From assembly GCA_045631885.1 (NCBI GenBank), contig JAZQVN010000035.1, positions 262-64,261 of the forward strand: a DNA stretch of 64,000 bases. Direction: 5' to 3'. Under the pieces are notes generated by a model. It saw only the letters and a program-made list of their open reading frames with translations, ran no database searches and was not told where the DNA came from. This document shows positions 1-10,524 of the stretch, one piece after another (positions within the stretch are counted from its first letter, which is position 1; each line of letters opens with the position of its first letter). Source of the DNA: Bacilli bacterium. Its GTDB lineage: Bacteria; Bacillota_I; Bacilli_A; RFN20; CAG-826. The position numbers were made by a program, and so were the translations under genes.

Positions 1-2629
1 CACGTAAAGATGCATCTTTACCTTCGTTAGTTTTTTCGCCAAAGATCGCCATTAAGAGTTTTTCTTCTGGAGTAGGTTCAGTTTGACCTCTAGGAGTCAC
101 TTTACCAACTAAGATATCGCCCTCTTTGACTTCAGTACCGATCACAACGATACCTCTTTCATCTAAGTGTGCTTTCGCATCTAAACCAACGTTTGGAATG
201 TCAGCGGTAATTTCTTCATCACCGAGCTTAGAGATAGAACGACATTCACAATCATATTTCTCAATATGGATTGATGTATAAACATCGTCTTTCACTAATC
301 TCTCGGACATGATGACAGCGTCTTCATAGTTGTAACCATTCCAAGTCATGAAAGCGATTGTGACGTTTTGACCTAAGGCTAAGTCACCATTTTGCATGGC
401 TGGACCATCAGCGATGATTTGTCCACGTTTGACTTTGTCACCGACTTTAACGATGCATGTTTGGTTAATACATGTACCTTGGTTAGAACGTTCAAATTTT
501 TGTAAATGATAAACGGTTGGTTCTTTCTTACCATTTTCTAAGATTTCGATCTCTAAACTATCAGCATAGGTTACAACACCATCTTCAGCGGCAACAACGG
601 CTAAACCGGAGTCACGAGCGATTTGGTTTTCTAAACCTGTACCGACGAATGGAGCGGTTGGTCTTAATAATGGTAAGGCTTGACGTTGCATGTTAGAACC
701 CATCAAAGCACGCATTGTATCATCGTTTTCGAGGAATGGAATACATCCTGCGGCGATGGAAACAATTTGTTTTGGGGAAACGTCGACAAAGTCGACATCT
801 TCTCTATTGGCCATGATGTTTTCGCCTTTAAATCTCGCGACGACATGTTCGTCTAAGATTTCACCGTCTGGGCCTAAATTAATATTCGCTTCAGCGATGA
901 CATAGTCCCATTCTTCATCCGCGCTTAAGTATAAGGAGTCATCTGGTTCATTTAAGACGCGATGAGTGGCCTTGTCCACTTTACGATAAGGAGTTTCAAT
1001 AAATCCGTATTTGTTAACTTTAGCATAGCTAGCCAAATTGTTAATCAAACCGATGTTTTGACCTTCAGGAGTTTCAATTGGACAGATTCTGCCGTAGTGA
1101 GAGACGTGAACGTCACGGACTTCGGTAGAAGCTCTATCTCTTGTCAAACCGCCAGGACCTAAAGCGGATAATCTTCTCTTGTTAGTTAATTCAGCAAGAG
1201 GATTGGTTTGATCCATGAATTGGGATAATTGGCTGGATGCAAAGAATTCACGAATAGAAGCGGTTAAAGGACGTGGGTTGATTAAGGCTTTTGGTTTGAT
1301 ATTGCCTAAATCAGAGATGGACATTTTTTGTTGAACAGTTTTGACCATCTTGCCTAAACCGATACGGAATTGATTTTGGATGAGTTCGCCCACTTGTCTT
1401 ATACGACGGTTGCCTAAGTGGTCGATATCATCAGTGTCACCAAAGTCTTCCATAATGTTGAGATAATAGGAGAAGACTGCGAAGATGTCACTGATAGTGA
1501 CATGTGTGCATGTACTATTCAAATCTGTACCAATGATATGGCAGACTTTCTTATCTTTTTCATTATTGTAAACTTTGACTAAGTTCACTGTACCGTTGGT
1601 GTCTAATCTTTCGTTAATAGAAAGTCTTAATGTGTGCGCACCATTTTCGAAGAAGTCTTCGTTTCTAAGTGCTTCAACATCTTCAACTGTTAATTGATAA
1701 CCTTTCTTGAAGCGAAGTTCACCATCGGAGGATTTTAAATTCTCAGCGAGGATTCTTCCCGCGAGACGATTATAAATCCCTAATTTTTTAATATATTTAT
1801 AGCGGCCGGCTCTTCCGAGATCGTATCTCTTATCATCGAAGAATTTTTGGACTAAATAGTTAATCGTACCTTCTTCGGTGACTGGTTCACCTGGTTTCAT
1901 CTTCTTGAAGATTTCAACGAGGGCTTTTCTAGAAGAATCGGTTTTTGAACTTTCATCTTTGCTCAAAGTATTTGTCAATACTTCGTTTTGTCCGAAAAGA
2001 TTGATGATGTCTTCATCGTTCTCTAAGCCTAAAGCTTTTAATAATAGACCAGCGTTCATTTTACGTTGTCTATCAATACGAACGGATAAGATATCTTTAC
2101 TATCACTTTCGAATTGTAACCATGTACCTCTACCTGGGATTAAATCGGCAGAATAAAGGAACTTACCGGCTTTCATCTCTTTGAAGAGATAGGCGCCCGG
2201 GGAACGGACGAGTTGGCTAACGATAACTCTTTCCGCACCATTGACGATGAATGTTCCGCTCTTGGTCATGATTGGGAATTCACCCATGTAGACTTCAGAT
2301 TCTTGAATTTCACCTGTCTCTTTGTGATTGAGACGTAAGGTGGCGAAAATTGGAATACTATATGTCAAGTCTTGGGCTTTACATTCTAAAAATGAATGTT
2401 TTGGTTCGCCAAAACGGATTGACACATAATCAATGGAAAGGGTCCCAGTGTAGTTATTGATTGGGAAACTTTCTCTGAAAACATCGTCTAAACCTTTGTT
2501 TTTGAATTCTTCGTATGACTTTGTTTGAATTTCAACGAGGTTTGGTAAAGGCAACTTGCCAGACACTCTGGAATAGTCATAACGATCATTGTTGAGTTTG
2601 TTTAACTCTAAGATGTTTCTTGTTGACAT
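1..2629 (-). CDS. rpoB: DNA-directed RNA polymerase beta subunit, N-terminal part; the gene continues beyond the window start
   Basis: The minus-strand reading frame has no stop before coordinate 1 and is therefore absent from the ORF track. ATG at 2627-2629 is preceded by AAGGAG. The translation starts [42 protein letters not shown] and contains the rpoB hallmarks [29 protein letters not shown] and LSALGPGGL. It is in the conserved position after rplL-ybxB. Confidence 0.95.
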   Translation of the reverse strand, partial: MSTRNILELNKLNNDRYDYSRVSGKLPLPNLVEIQTKSYEEFKNKGLDDVFRESFPINNYTGTLSIDYVSIRFGEPKHSFLECKAQDLTYSIPIFATLRLNHKETGEIQESEVYMGEFPIMTKSGTFIVNGAERVIVSQLVRSPGAYLFKEMKAGKFLYSADLIPGRGTWLQFESDSKDILSVRIDRQRKMNAGLLLKALGLENDEDIINLFGQNEVLTNTLSKDESSKTDSSRKALVEIFKKMKPGEPVTEEGTINYLVQKFFDDKRYDLGRAGRYKYIKKLGIYNRLAGRILAENLKSSDGELRFKKGYQLTVEDVEALRNEDFFENGAHTLRLSINERLDTNGTVNLVKVYNNEKDKKVCHIIGTDLNSTCTHVTISDIFAVFSYYLNIMEDFGDTDDIDHLGNRRIRQVGELIQNQFRIGLGKMVKTVQQKMSISDLGNIKPKALINPRPLTASIREFFASSQLSQFMDQTNPLAELTNKRRLSALGPGGLTRDRASTEVRDVHVSHYGRICPIETPEGQNIGLINNLASYAKVNKYGFIETPYRKVDKATHRVLNEPDDSLYLSADEEWDYVIAEANINLGPDGEILDEHVVARFKGENIMANREDVDFVDVSPKQIVSIAAGCIPFLENDDTMRALMGSNMQRQALPLLRPTAPFVGTGLENQIARDSGLAVVAAEDGVVTYADSLEIEILENGKKEPTVYHLQKFERSNQGTCINQTCIVKVGDKVKRGQIIADGPAMQNGDLALGQNVTIAFMTWNGYNYEDAVIMSERLVKDDVYTSIHIEKYDCECRSISKLGDEEITADIPNVGLDAKAHLDERGIVVIGTEVKEGDILVGKVTPRGQTEPTPEEKLLMAIFGEKTNEGKDASLR

Positions 2630-2655
2630 TATAATGGCTCCTTAAATTTCAATAT

Positions 2656-3261
2656 TTACTTGTCCACTTTCTTCGCTTGATAGATGTAATACCCTTTATC
2701 TCTTTTAAGAAGAGTGATGTTTCCAAACAGGCTTTCGATATAAGCACTGGCGCTTGGACCACCTTGGGCTTTACGAATAACAATGAAGAGTGAACCGCCA
2801 TCAATTAAGCGTTGTTTCGCCCCCTCATACATGGCATAGGTAACTTTTTTCCCAGCCCGTATCGGAGGATTCACAACAATTGAATCATATGGTCCTTCTA
2901 TATTTTCGTAGATATCACTTTGAAGGATAGTGACTCTTTGGCTTAAACCTAGTTCTTCAGCGTTCCTTTCGCATAATGCTAGGGCGCGCGTATTAATGTC
3001 AGCAAGGTCGACCCTTGCTTCTTTTGAGGATACAGCAATAGTTAAGCCAATAGTGCCATACCCACAACCTAAATCGAGTATTTTTCCAGTGAGTTTGAGG
3101 GGGAGAAGTACCTTCAAAAAGGCAAAACTCCCCTCATCTACTCTACTTTTGGAAAATACACCATTATCCGTCCATAAGGACATATGTATCTCATTGATAT
3201 CAAAACTAATTTTATGCAAATTTGACGCTAAATTTGGATCGTTTTGGAAGTAATGGGACAT
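2656..3261 (-). CDS. Class I SAM-dependent methyltransferase of the RsmC/YbxB type
   Basis: 201 aa. SAM-binding motif LDLGCGYGTIG and substrate motif NPPIRAGK. Same size and position (rplL - MTase - rpoB) as B. subtilis YbxB. Confidence 0.8.
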   Translation of the reverse strand: MSHYFQNDPNLASNLHKISFDINEIHMSLWTDNGVFSKSRVDEGSFAFLKVLLPLKLTGKILDLGCGYGTIGLTIAVSSKEARVDLADINTRALALCERNAEELGLSQRVTILQSDIYENIEGPYDSIVVNPPIRAGKKVTYAMYEGAKQRLIDGGSLFIVIRKAQGGPSASAYIESLFGNITLLKRDKGYYIYQAKKVDK

Positions 3262-3294
3262 AGATAACGGATTTAATTAAATTGGTAAGTTAAA

Positions 3295-3675
3295 TTATTT
3301 AACTTCGACTTCAGCACCAGCGCCAACGAGAGTTTTCTTGTGTTCTTCCGCTTCGACTGGGGAAATCTTTTCTTTGATGGTGGCTGGTAAAACGTCAACG
3401 AGTTTCTTCGCATCCATTAAACCTAAACCTGTGATAGCTTGGACAGCTTTGATGACTGCAACTTTGCTGGCGCCGACAGATGTAACGATAACGCTAACTT
3501 CTGCTGGACCTTTTGCAGCTTCTTCTTCTTCAGCTGGGGCAGCGGCTGGACCAGCGACTGCGACTGCTGCTGTGACGCCGAATTCTTCTTCGACGGCTTT
3601 GACTAAATCATTTAATTCGAGAACGGTCATTTCTTTTAATGCCGCAACGATTTCTTCTTTTGTTAACTTTGCCAT
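3295..3675 (-). CDS. rplL: 50S ribosomal protein L7/L12
   Basis: 126 aa. [34 protein letters not shown], an Ala/Glu-rich hinge and a C-terminal domain ending VK. Confidence 0.95.
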   Translation of the reverse strand: MAKLTKEEIVAALKEMTVLELNDLVKAVEEEFGVTAAVAVAGPAAAPAEEEEAAKGPAEVSVIVTSVGASKVAVIKAVQAITGLGLMDAKKLVDVLPATIKEKISPVEAEEHKKTLVGAGAEVEVK

Positions 3676-3699
3676 AATTTGTTTTCCTCCTAATTGGCG

Positions 3700-4185
3700 T
3701 TATTTTTCCGCCACAGCTTTAACTGTAGCTGCAAATTGGCGGATTGGTGCTTGTAAGCACGATAAGAACATGGAAATGAGACCTTCTTTACCTGGTAATT
3801 TGGAAATTTCAATCATTCCCGCTTTATCGAAAGCTCTGCCTTCGACATAGCCACCCTTGATGGTAAGAGATTCTCCGAATTTTCTAGCATATTTCGCTAA
3901 GACCTTTGGTCCGTTACTGATTTCTTCAGAGAAGAAGAGAGCGTTAGGACCGGTTAAGAATTCATCTAAACCTTCGTAGCCGAGGTTTTTGACAGCGCGT
4001 TCAACAAGAGAATTCTTGTAAACACACATTTCAGTCTTTTCTTCGCGAAGAGCACGACGTAATGTTTGAATTTGAGCGACGGTTAATCCGCGATATTCAG
4101 CAATTGTTAAACTCTTACAAGCTTTTGCTTTTTCTTCAATTTCTTTCACTGCGGCTTGCTTGACAGCTAAGACTTCTTTATTCAT
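3700..4185 (-). CDS. rplJ: 50S ribosomal protein L10
   Basis: 161 aa L10-like sequence directly upstream of rplL. Confidence 0.9.
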   Translation of the reverse strand: MNKEVLAVKQAAVKEIEEKAKACKSLTIAEYRGLTVAQIQTLRRALREEKTEMCVYKNSLVERAVKNLGYEGLDEFLTGPNALFFSEEISNGPKVLAKYARKFGESLTIKGGYVEGRAFDKAGMIEISKLPGKEGLISMFLSCLQAPIRQFAATVKAVAEK

Positions 4186-4324
4186 ATTCTTCGACCTCCT
4201 TTTTTCAAAATTTTTGTTTTTGAGGCTCCAATATACGGGTAGAAAATTTTATTCGTACGCCTCGGTAACATGATTAAGGCTGCTTCGCCCGTTACTGTCT
4301 TTGGTATATTGAAATCTTTGTTAA
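4186..4324 (-). promoter_or_regulatory. Probable L10 (rplJ) autoregulatory leader RNA
   Basis: 139-nt untranslated gap between rplA and rplJ, GC-richer than its surroundings (ggctgcttcgcccgttactgtc...cgtacgcctcgg), in the position of the known L10 leader. Confidence 0.35.
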
Positions 4325-5008
4325 TTATCGACCGTTAAATGTAAATGGCACGGATGGACCCATGGTCGTATGGAGCACCGCGTTTTTGATGTAGACGCCT
4401 TTGCAAGCTGCTGGTTTAGCTTTGACCACCGCATCTGTTAAAGCTGTTAAGTTATCAACTAATTTCGCATCATCGAATGACACTCTACCAATTGAAACGT
4501 GCATATTCGCTTCTTTGTCGCAACGGTATTGAACTTTACCGGCTTTAATTTCTTTGACTGCTTTTGCGATATCTGGACCAACTGTTCCTGTTTTTGGGTT
4601 TGGCATTAAGCCTTTAGGACCTAAAACACGAGCAACTTTACCGATAATACCCATCATATTTGGGGTCGCAACGATAACGTCGTAATCAAACCAGTTTTCT
4701 TTTTGGATTTTATCGACCATTTCGGCTCCGCCAGCGAAATCCGCACCGGCAGCTAAAGCGTCATCAACTTTATCAGTAATTGCTAAGACTTTTTTGGTTT
4801 TGCCATTGCCGTGAGGAAGAATTAATGTTCCTCTAACTTGTTGATCGGCTTGTCTTGGGTCGACGCCGAGTCTGAATGAGACATCCACTGTCGCATCAAA
4901 TTTAACTGTTGAAGTTTCTTTGACTAATTTGACAGCTTCTTCGATTGTGTATAACTTGCTGGAGTCGACTTTACTTGCAGCAGCAACATATTTCTTTGCT
5001 CTTTTCAT
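4325..5008 (-). CDS. rplA: 50S ribosomal protein L1
   Basis: 227 aa. L1-like sequence with [15 protein letters not shown]. Confidence 0.95.
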   Translation of the reverse strand: MKRAKKYVAAASKVDSSKLYTIEEAVKLVKETSTVKFDATVDVSFRLGVDPRQADQQVRGTLILPHGNGKTKKVLAITDKVDDALAAGADFAGGAEMVDKIQKENWFDYDVIVATPNMMGIIGKVARVLGPKGLMPNPKTGTVGPDIAKAVKEIKAGKVQYRCDKEANMHVSIGRVSFDDAKLVDNLTALTDAVVKAKPAACKGVYIKNAVLHTTMGPSVPFTFNGR

Positions 5009-5019
5009 AATTCTCCTCC

Positions 5020-5436
5020 TTAGTCATCCACGACAATGCCCATATTGAGAGCACTACCCTCAACGATTCTCATAGCTGCTTCGATGTCGTTGCAGTTGAG
5101 ATCTGGCATTTTGTATTCCGCGATTTCACGGATTTTGGCACGACTGACATGACCAACGACGTTTTTACGACCATTGGCTCCACCTTTTTCGATGCCGGCA
5201 GCCTTCAATAATAAAGGTGCAACTGGTGTGGTTTTGATGAAGAACTCAAATGTTTTGTCTTCATAGGTGATGATAAGAACTGGAACGATTTCACCACGTC
5301 TGTCCGCTGTTTTGGCGTTGAAATCCATTGTGAATTTCGCCATGTTTGGTAAACCAGCAGAAGCTAACTTTGGTCCTGGCTTTGCGTCACCACCAGGGAG
5401 TTCTAACTTCACCGCTTTTGCGATTTTTTTACTCAC
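5020..5436 (-). CDS. rplK: 50S ribosomal protein L11, with a GTG start
   Basis: The ORF track extends this frame to 5493. Homology ([31 protein letters not shown] matches the L11 N-terminus) begins at the GTG at 5434-5436, which is preceded by AAAGGAGGA with a 7-nt spacer. The upstream 19 codons are a spurious extension. Confidence 0.85.
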   Translation of the reverse strand: MSKKIAKAVKLELPGGDAKPGPKLASAGLPNMAKFTMDFNAKTADRRGEIVPVLIITYEDKTFEFFIKTTPVAPLLLKAAGIEKGGANGRKNVVGHVSRAKIREIAEYKMPDLNCNDIEAAMRIVEGSALNMGIVVDD

Positions 5437-5656
5437 GTGACTTTCCTCCTTTTGTAGATTTGTCCGTGTCGTGGTTTGCGAGTGAATCACCACTCTTCCA
5501 CGAAACGATATTTACATATATGCGCAACACTCCTGTGTGAAGGCAACATGCTCGAATAGAATATCAAAGAATTAAATAAGAATGCAAGAAGTTTTTCTAA
5601 AAATAGTTTACGAAGAAAACGAAAAGTATTTTCAAATTATTATAATTTGATAAATG

Positions 5657-5685
5657 TAGACAAATTGACAGAGTGAGTATATAAT
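5657..5685 (+). promoter_or_regulatory. Candidate sigma-A promoter for the Trk/Ktr operon
   Basis: -35 element TAGACA, a 17-nt spacer, and -10 element TATAAT at 5680-5685, 23 nt upstream of the ATG at 5709. Confidence 0.4.
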
Positions 5686-5708
5686 TCTAATCAGCCGGAA
5701 TAGGTGCT

Positions 5709-7127
5709 ATGGCGAAAATTGTAAGAAAACATTCAATCAGTCCGTATCTACTAGTCATCCTCTCCTTCGTTGTTGTCATTGTCGTCGGAGCATTTTTGCT
5801 TGCGATGCCATTTTCACAGAAGAGCGGACAATGGGCTTTTGACTATACTAGCGCAGATGGAAGCATCCATATTACTTTCTTAGATTGCTTCTTCACCGCT
5901 GTATCAGCGACATGCGTGACTGGGTTATGCACATTCGTCGAAGGCATAGGTGGCGCGTTAACATTCACCGGCCAAATCATCGTCTTGCTTATGATCCAAA
6001 TCGGCGGTCTTGGATTTATTACCGTCTTAACCTTCGTTGTCACACTATTTAGAAGTAAATTACAGTTTAAAAATAGATTCTTTTTATCACAAGCTTTAAA
6101 CGCGACAAACTTCGCTAGCGTTGTTCTTTTCGTTAGAAAAATCATCGTTATTTCATTCCTTTGCGAATTAATCGGTTTCTTCTTAGGATTACCTGTCGCA
6201 CTTATCCTCTATCCTGATAATGTTAGCCACGCTTTATGGAGCAGTTTATTCACCTCTGTTTCCGCGTTCAATAACGCTGGATTTGATATCTTTGGAAGCA
6301 CTTCTTTAATCGCCGCTCCTGGCACTATGATGGCTCAATTAAAAGACACCGCGGAATGGGCGTATTACTATTATTTAAGTTATATTATGGTGCTCATCGT
6401 TTTAGGTGGTATCAGTTTCATGGTTATCATTGAATTATTCTCATTCAAGAAAACACCAAAACAATGGAGCCCATTTACGAAGATTGTTTTGACCACTACC
6501 GCATTTTTCTTATTATTTGGTTTTGGTTTATTTGTTATTAGTGACATTATTGTTGAAAACAATATTTCATTCTTTGATGCGGCTTTCCAATCAGTCACAT
6601 GTAGAACAGCTGGCTTTGCGACATTTGATCAATCAACATTATCCACCGCAGGAACAACTATTAGTTGTATCTTAATGTTCGTCGGTGGTTCACCATTAAG
6701 TACCGCTGGTGGTATTAAAACAACAACAATCTTTATTATCGCTATCGCCGTTGCCTCTCACTTAAGAGGAAAGCGCGTAGTCGCATTCAATCGTATTTAT
6801 TCAGAAAATACTGTTTTAAAAGGTATGACATTATTAGTCATCGCTGTTTTGACAGTCATCATAGCGTTTATGTTTGTTTCATTATTTGAAGAAGGAAATC
6901 CTTACGCGGATACATCCAGTGTCTTCTTTGAAACATTCTCCGCTTTTGGTACAGTCGGTTTATCCGCAAATCTCACACCAACTCTTTCAGTTGGTAGTAA
7001 AATAACATTGTGCATTATGATGTTCGCTGGCAGATTAGGTCCAATGACCTTCTTCCAAGTCTTCCGTAGTAATACTGAAGAATTAGGACATTATCAATAT
7101 ATAGAAGCAGACTTCTTAATCGGATAG
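5709..7127 (+). CDS. TrkH/KtrB-family K+ transporter membrane subunit
   Basis: 472 aa polytopic membrane protein with repeated pore-loop-like GGxG-type segments (QIGGLGFITV, GGSPLSTAGGIKTTT), typical of the TrkH/KtrB superfamily. Confidence 0.85.
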   Translation: MAKIVRKHSISPYLLVILSFVVVIVVGAFLLAMPFSQKSGQWAFDYTSADGSIHITFLDCFFTAVSATCVTGLCTFVEGIGGALTFTGQIIVLLMIQIGGLGFITVLTFVVTLFRSKLQFKNRFFLSQALNATNFASVVLFVRKIIVISFLCELIGFFLGLPVALILYPDNVSHALWSSLFTSVSAFNNAGFDIFGSTSLIAAPGTMMAQLKDTAEWAYYYYLSYIMVLIVLGGISFMVIIELFSFKKTPKQWSPFTKIVLTTTAFFLLFGFGLFVISDIIVENNISFFDAAFQSVTCRTAGFATFDQSTLSTAGTTISCILMFVGGSPLSTAGGIKTTTIFIIAIAVASHLRGKRVVAFNRIYSENTVLKGMTLLVIAVLTVIIAFMFVSLFEEGNPYADTSSVFFETFSAFGTVGLSANLTPTLSVGSKITLCIMMFAGRLGPMTFFQVFRSNTEELGHYQYIEADFLIG

Positions 7128-7140
7128 GAGAAATTAAGTT

Positions 7141-7812
7141 ATGGCAAAAAAATCATTCGCAGTTATCGGTTTAGGTCAATTCGGCCGCGCGGTTGTTGAA
7201 GAATTAGTCGACAACGGCAGAGACATCATCGCTATCGATAATGACAAAGAAGCGGTCAAGAAAATCTCTGGATTAGTTCCTACTTGCTTTGTCGCAGATT
7301 CCACAGATGAAATCGCGTTAAAAGAATTAGGCATCAAGGATGTTGACGCGGCAATCGTTGCTTTTGGTAATAACAAAGAAGCAAGCGTTTTAACCACAGT
7401 CGTTTTAAGAGAATTAGGCGTTAAACAAATCATCGTTCGTGTTGATGATGACTATTATGCATCCATCATTAAAAAGCTCGGTGCTACCGAAATTATTTCT
7501 CCACAAAAAGCCGCTGGTGTTGCTTTAGCCAATAGGTTAGGAAATGTCGACTATAGAGACTTCTATAAATTAGATGAAAAATACTCCATTATTTCCATCT
7601 TAATTAACTCCTCTTTCGTTCCAGAAACAATCATCGAATTGAGCCCAAAGGTGAAATATGGTGTTAACATTGTTCTCATTACCAGAAACGGTAAATCATT
7701 CGTCCCAGGTGGTAACGATTCATTACTCCCAGATGATACTTGTTTCGTTGTTGGAACCGATAAAGAAATTCACTCATTCCGTGAAGCAGTAAACGGCAAA
7801 AAGTCAAAATAA
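7141..7812 (+). CDS. TrkA/KtrA-type RCK (NAD-binding) K+ uptake regulatory subunit
   Basis: 223 aa. N-terminal Rossmann motif AVIGLGQFGRAVVEEL. Immediately downstream of the TrkH-family gene. Confidence 0.85.
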   Translation: MAKKSFAVIGLGQFGRAVVEELVDNGRDIIAIDNDKEAVKKISGLVPTCFVADSTDEIALKELGIKDVDAAIVAFGNNKEASVLTTVVLRELGVKQIIVRVDDDYYASIIKKLGATEIISPQKAAGVALANRLGNVDYRDFYKLDEKYSIISILINSSFVPETIIELSPKVKYGVNIVLITRNGKSFVPGGNDSLLPDDTCFVVGTDKEIHSFREAVNGKKSK

Positions 7813-7821
7813 AAGTCTGTT

Positions 7822-8694
7822 TTGTTGGTAAAATTGCAAGAAATGGACAAAAAGAAGAAGATTATCTTATTTACCACAATAGGCGTGCTAGTCACAGGTT
7901 TATGCGTAGCTACAGGCATATTCCTCGCGAGGCACGTTTTTGTTGATTATAACAATAAAGAAACCGAAAAAGGCATTGAAGATTATGAGATAAATTACTC
8001 TGATATCTATGCCTCATATTTAGCTAAGAAAGATAGCAAGACAACCGAACAATTATATCAGGAATCAAAAGGATATGAATTCGTCAATTATGCATTATCT
8101 AAGAAGGTTAATAGAGAATACGTCTCTTCTTATACTGAAGGCGCCACCAAAGCGGCGATTGCCACCCAAGAAATAGGTGGTAAATTCATCTATGATAACG
8201 GGCATATAATTCAAGAAAGCATATCAACTGGATTAATCAGCACCGCTAAGCGTTTTGAAAAAGATGGAGATACTATCCATGTCTATGATGGCACTCCTAA
8301 ATCAAGCAAAGAAGCGGATTGGAATAAGAACCCAACTGAATCATTATCATTGACCGCTTTTAAAGATAAATGGGGCATTGATTATTCTTTCCCCACTATC
8401 TTCATTATCAGTAACGAAACAGTCCTAAAAGAAGATAGACAAGTTGATGAAAATAACTATGTAGTAACTCTTGAATTAGATCCCACTATTTCTACATTAA
8501 AATATGTCAAACAGCAAAGAGAAATGGGCGAGATGAGTAAAGACCCAGTATTTAAGAAAGTTGAGCTCATATTCACGATTGATAGCAATCTAAATATATT
8601 GAAGTTAACCACTATCGAAGAAAGCGCAGTTAAGCGAGGATTATGGGTTGATAGTTCATCTAGTTACGATGAAATATTCACTTATACAAAATAA
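7822..8694 (+). CDS. Hypothetical membrane-anchored extracytoplasmic protein
   Basis: 290 aa. N-terminal KKKK plus a hydrophobic helix (IILFTTIGVLVTGLCVATGIFLA) followed by a hydrophilic domain. No motif recognised. An alternative start exists at 7843. Confidence 0.55.
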   Translation: MLVKLQEMDKKKKIILFTTIGVLVTGLCVATGIFLARHVFVDYNNKETEKGIEDYEINYSDIYASYLAKKDSKTTEQLYQESKGYEFVNYALSKKVNREYVSSYTEGATKAAIATQEIGGKFIYDNGHIIQESISTGLISTAKRFEKDGDTIHVYDGTPKSSKEADWNKNPTESLSLTAFKDKWGIDYSFPTIFIISNETVLKEDRQVDENNYVVTLELDPTISTLKYVKQQREMGEMSKDPVFKKVELIFTIDSNLNILKLTTIEESAVKRGLWVDSSSSYDEIFTYTK

Positions 8695-8722
8695 AAAGAC
8701 GGTCGAGCCGTCTTTTTTCTTA
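8692..8722. terminator. Bidirectional rho-independent terminator between the convergent 7822-8694 gene and nusG
   Basis: aaagacggtcgagccgtctttttt: a perfect 8-bp stem flanked by A- and T-runs. Confidence 0.6.
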
Positions 8723-8733
8723 CTAAGCAAAGC

Positions 8734-9354
8734 TTAGATTCTTTCGATTTCAGAGAAGTCAACTTCGACTTTGGTTGGTCTACCAAAGAAGATAGCTTCG
8801 ACTTCGACTAAACCAGTATCACGGTTGATGGATAAGATGTGACCTTCTGTTCCTTCAAATGGACCATGAATAATCTTCACTAAGTCACCATCAGCGTATC
8901 TATCATACATGGAGTCATCGACCATACCCATTCTCTTGAGGACTGGTTCAATTTGTTCTCTTGGAACTGGGAATGGTTTTGTACCTTTACCAGATGATCC
9001 GACGAAACCGGTAACGCCTGGAGTATTACGAACGACATACCAAGCATAGTCTGTCATGATCATTTCAACGAAGACATAACCTGGGTAGAGGTTTTTCATT
9101 CTTGTTTTACCATTTGGTAAGCCTGTTTCTCTATCGATAACCGGAACTTCTTGTTCAGCAACAACAATTCTGTTGATAAGGCTTTGTAATCCCATGGATT
9201 CGACACGTTTTGTTAAGTTGTCTGCAACTTTTCTTTCGTGTGTGGAGTATGTGTTAACAACATACCAAGCTTTTTCACCAAGTTTTTGTTCTTGGTCGTT
9301 ATTTTGTTCGGAAATATCCGTAGTGGAATCCGTAAACTTTAATTCTTCACCCAT
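8734..9354 (-). CDS. nusG: Transcription termination/antitermination factor NusG
   Basis: 206 aa. NGN domain (KAWYVVNTYSTHERKV) and a C-terminal KOW domain (GDLVKIIHGPFEG). Has an acidic N-terminal extension of about 25 aa. Confidence 0.9.
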   Translation of the reverse strand: MGEELKFTDSTTDISEQNNDQEQKLGEKAWYVVNTYSTHERKVADNLTKRVESMGLQSLINRIVVAEQEVPVIDRETGLPNGKTRMKNLYPGYVFVEMIMTDYAWYVVRNTPGVTGFVGSSGKGTKPFPVPREQIEPVLKRMGMVDDSMYDRYADGDLVKIIHGPFEGTEGHILSINRDTGLVEVEAIFFGRPTKVEVDFSEIERI

Positions 9355-9366
9355 TTTGATTTCCTC

Positions 9367-9558
9367 CTATTTGCCGAAAGCATCCTGTAAGATTTGGATT
9401 AATTTATTACCAGCAGCATCTTCTGCGAACAAAATTAAGGCTGCGACAACAGCGATAATTGTCACGACGACGATTGATGGAATTAAGACATCTCTTTTTG
9501 GCCAACGAACTCTTTTACCTTCTTTGACCACACCTTTTGCGTAACTCTTTAGACCCAT
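9367..9558 (-). CDS. secE: Preprotein translocase subunit SecE
   Basis: 63 aa. KRVRWPKRD followed by a single TM helix. Conserved position between rpmG and nusG. Confidence 0.85.
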   Translation of the reverse strand: MGLKSYAKGVVKEGKRVRWPKRDVLIPSIVVVTIIAVVAALILFAEDAAGNKLIQILQDAFGK

Positions 9559-9572
9559 AATTATGAATCCTC

Positions 9573-9719
9573 CTATTTGCTAATTTTGTGGATAGTATGC
9601 TTCCCACAACGCGGACAATACTTCTTGTATGTAAGTGGTTTGCCCTCTTCAATTTTGATCTTCATCGGATAGTTCCTAGAGAGGCACTCTTCGCAAATTA
9701 AAAGAACTTTTTCTCTCAT
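9573..9719 (-). CDS. rpmG: 50S ribosomal protein L33
   Basis: 48-aa minus-strand ORF not in the track: MREKVLLICEECLSRNYPMKIKIEEGKPLTYKKYCPRCGKHTIHKISK. Has the CxxC...CxxC zinc ribbon of L33. Confidence 0.85.
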   Translation of the reverse strand: MREKVLLICEECLSRNYPMKIKIEEGKPLTYKKYCPRCGKHTIHKISK

Positions 9720-9806
9720 TTATCTCATCCTCACTATCAAAATTTTACTGTCATAATATTACACACCTATTTGCAAAATGTAAATACAATTTACTATTTT
9801 ATTTTT

Positions 9807-10514
9807 CTATTCGACATCAGGAACATCAAATGTGGTTGTTCCATAATTACTAAACGTTAACTTAAAATCTTGTGACCAAGTATCCACTCGATAACTGATA
9901 TCTTGAACTTGATTGTTTAAGAAACTAATCTCCACATTTGAAACTTTATGTGTGAAATCATTTGTCGGAAGAGGAGGAAGCTGGGAAGTAGAAAAAATCT
10001 TTGAACTTGTATAAGACTTGCTCTCTTCAGAATAAGTGAAATCAGCCATCAATAATTTGGATAAATCTAGTGCTGGTAAAATCCAACCAGACATGATTTC
10101 TTTTAAATAACCACCTGTGACTTCATCATTTTTTGTGTATTCTTGGGTGCTGATATCTAAAACAATCGCAGAGTATGTTTCATATTTTCTAGTTTTCTCG
10201 TTATATTTCGATTCATCAAAGATGAAATAGAACTTCCCATATTCTTTCCAATCGATAAAAACTGTTCCGTTATTGATTTTACAATCGATATTTGTATCCA
10301 CAGCAAAGAAAGGATATCCACCATGTTCAAGAGTCAAACTAACGTTAGAAAAAGCACTGATGGCTTGACCACTATTGATTAAATCATACCAAGTGGATGA
10401 ATTAACTTGATTAGGCTGGACTTCTGGTTCTTTTCCACCACTGGAGCCACCACTTGATGAGCAACCAGTGAGAAGTAGAGATAACAATATTGTTCCGAAG
10501 AAAATCTTTTTCAT
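9807..10514 (-). CDS. Hypothetical lipoprotein
   Basis: Start revised to the internal Met at 10512-10514 (GAGGAG RBS 7 nt upstream). Signal peptide with lipobox MKKIFFGTILLSLLLTG-C, followed by a Ser/Gly linker. Confidence 0.7.
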   Translation of the reverse strand: MKKIFFGTILLSLLLTGCSSSGGSSGGKEPEVQPNQVNSSTWYDLINSGQAISAFSNVSLTLEHGGYPFFAVDTNIDCKINNGTVFIDWKEYGKFYFIFDESKYNEKTRKYETYSAIVLDISTQEYTKNDEVTGGYLKEIMSGWILPALDLSKLLMADFTYSEESKSYTSSKIFSTSQLPPLPTNDFTHKVSNVEISFLNNQVQDISYRVDTWSQDFKLTFSNYGTTTFDVPDVE

Positions 10515-10524
10515 AATGTGCTCC

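Noticed and set aside
690-2156. Several 60-90 aa plus-strand ORFs
   Set aside because: All lie antisense to the long, clearly conserved rpoB reading frame.
3338-3850. 170-aa plus-strand ORF with an Ala/Ser-rich sequence
   Set aside because: It is antisense to rplL/rplJ. The low-complexity [10 protein letters not shown] simply mirrors the Ala/Glu hinge of L7/L12.
5437-5493. N-terminal 19-codon extension of rplK in the track (MVIHSQTTTRTNLQKEESH)
   Set aside because: Homology to L11 begins at the GTG at 5434-5436, which has a strong RBS. The extension is an artefact of ATG-only ORF calling.
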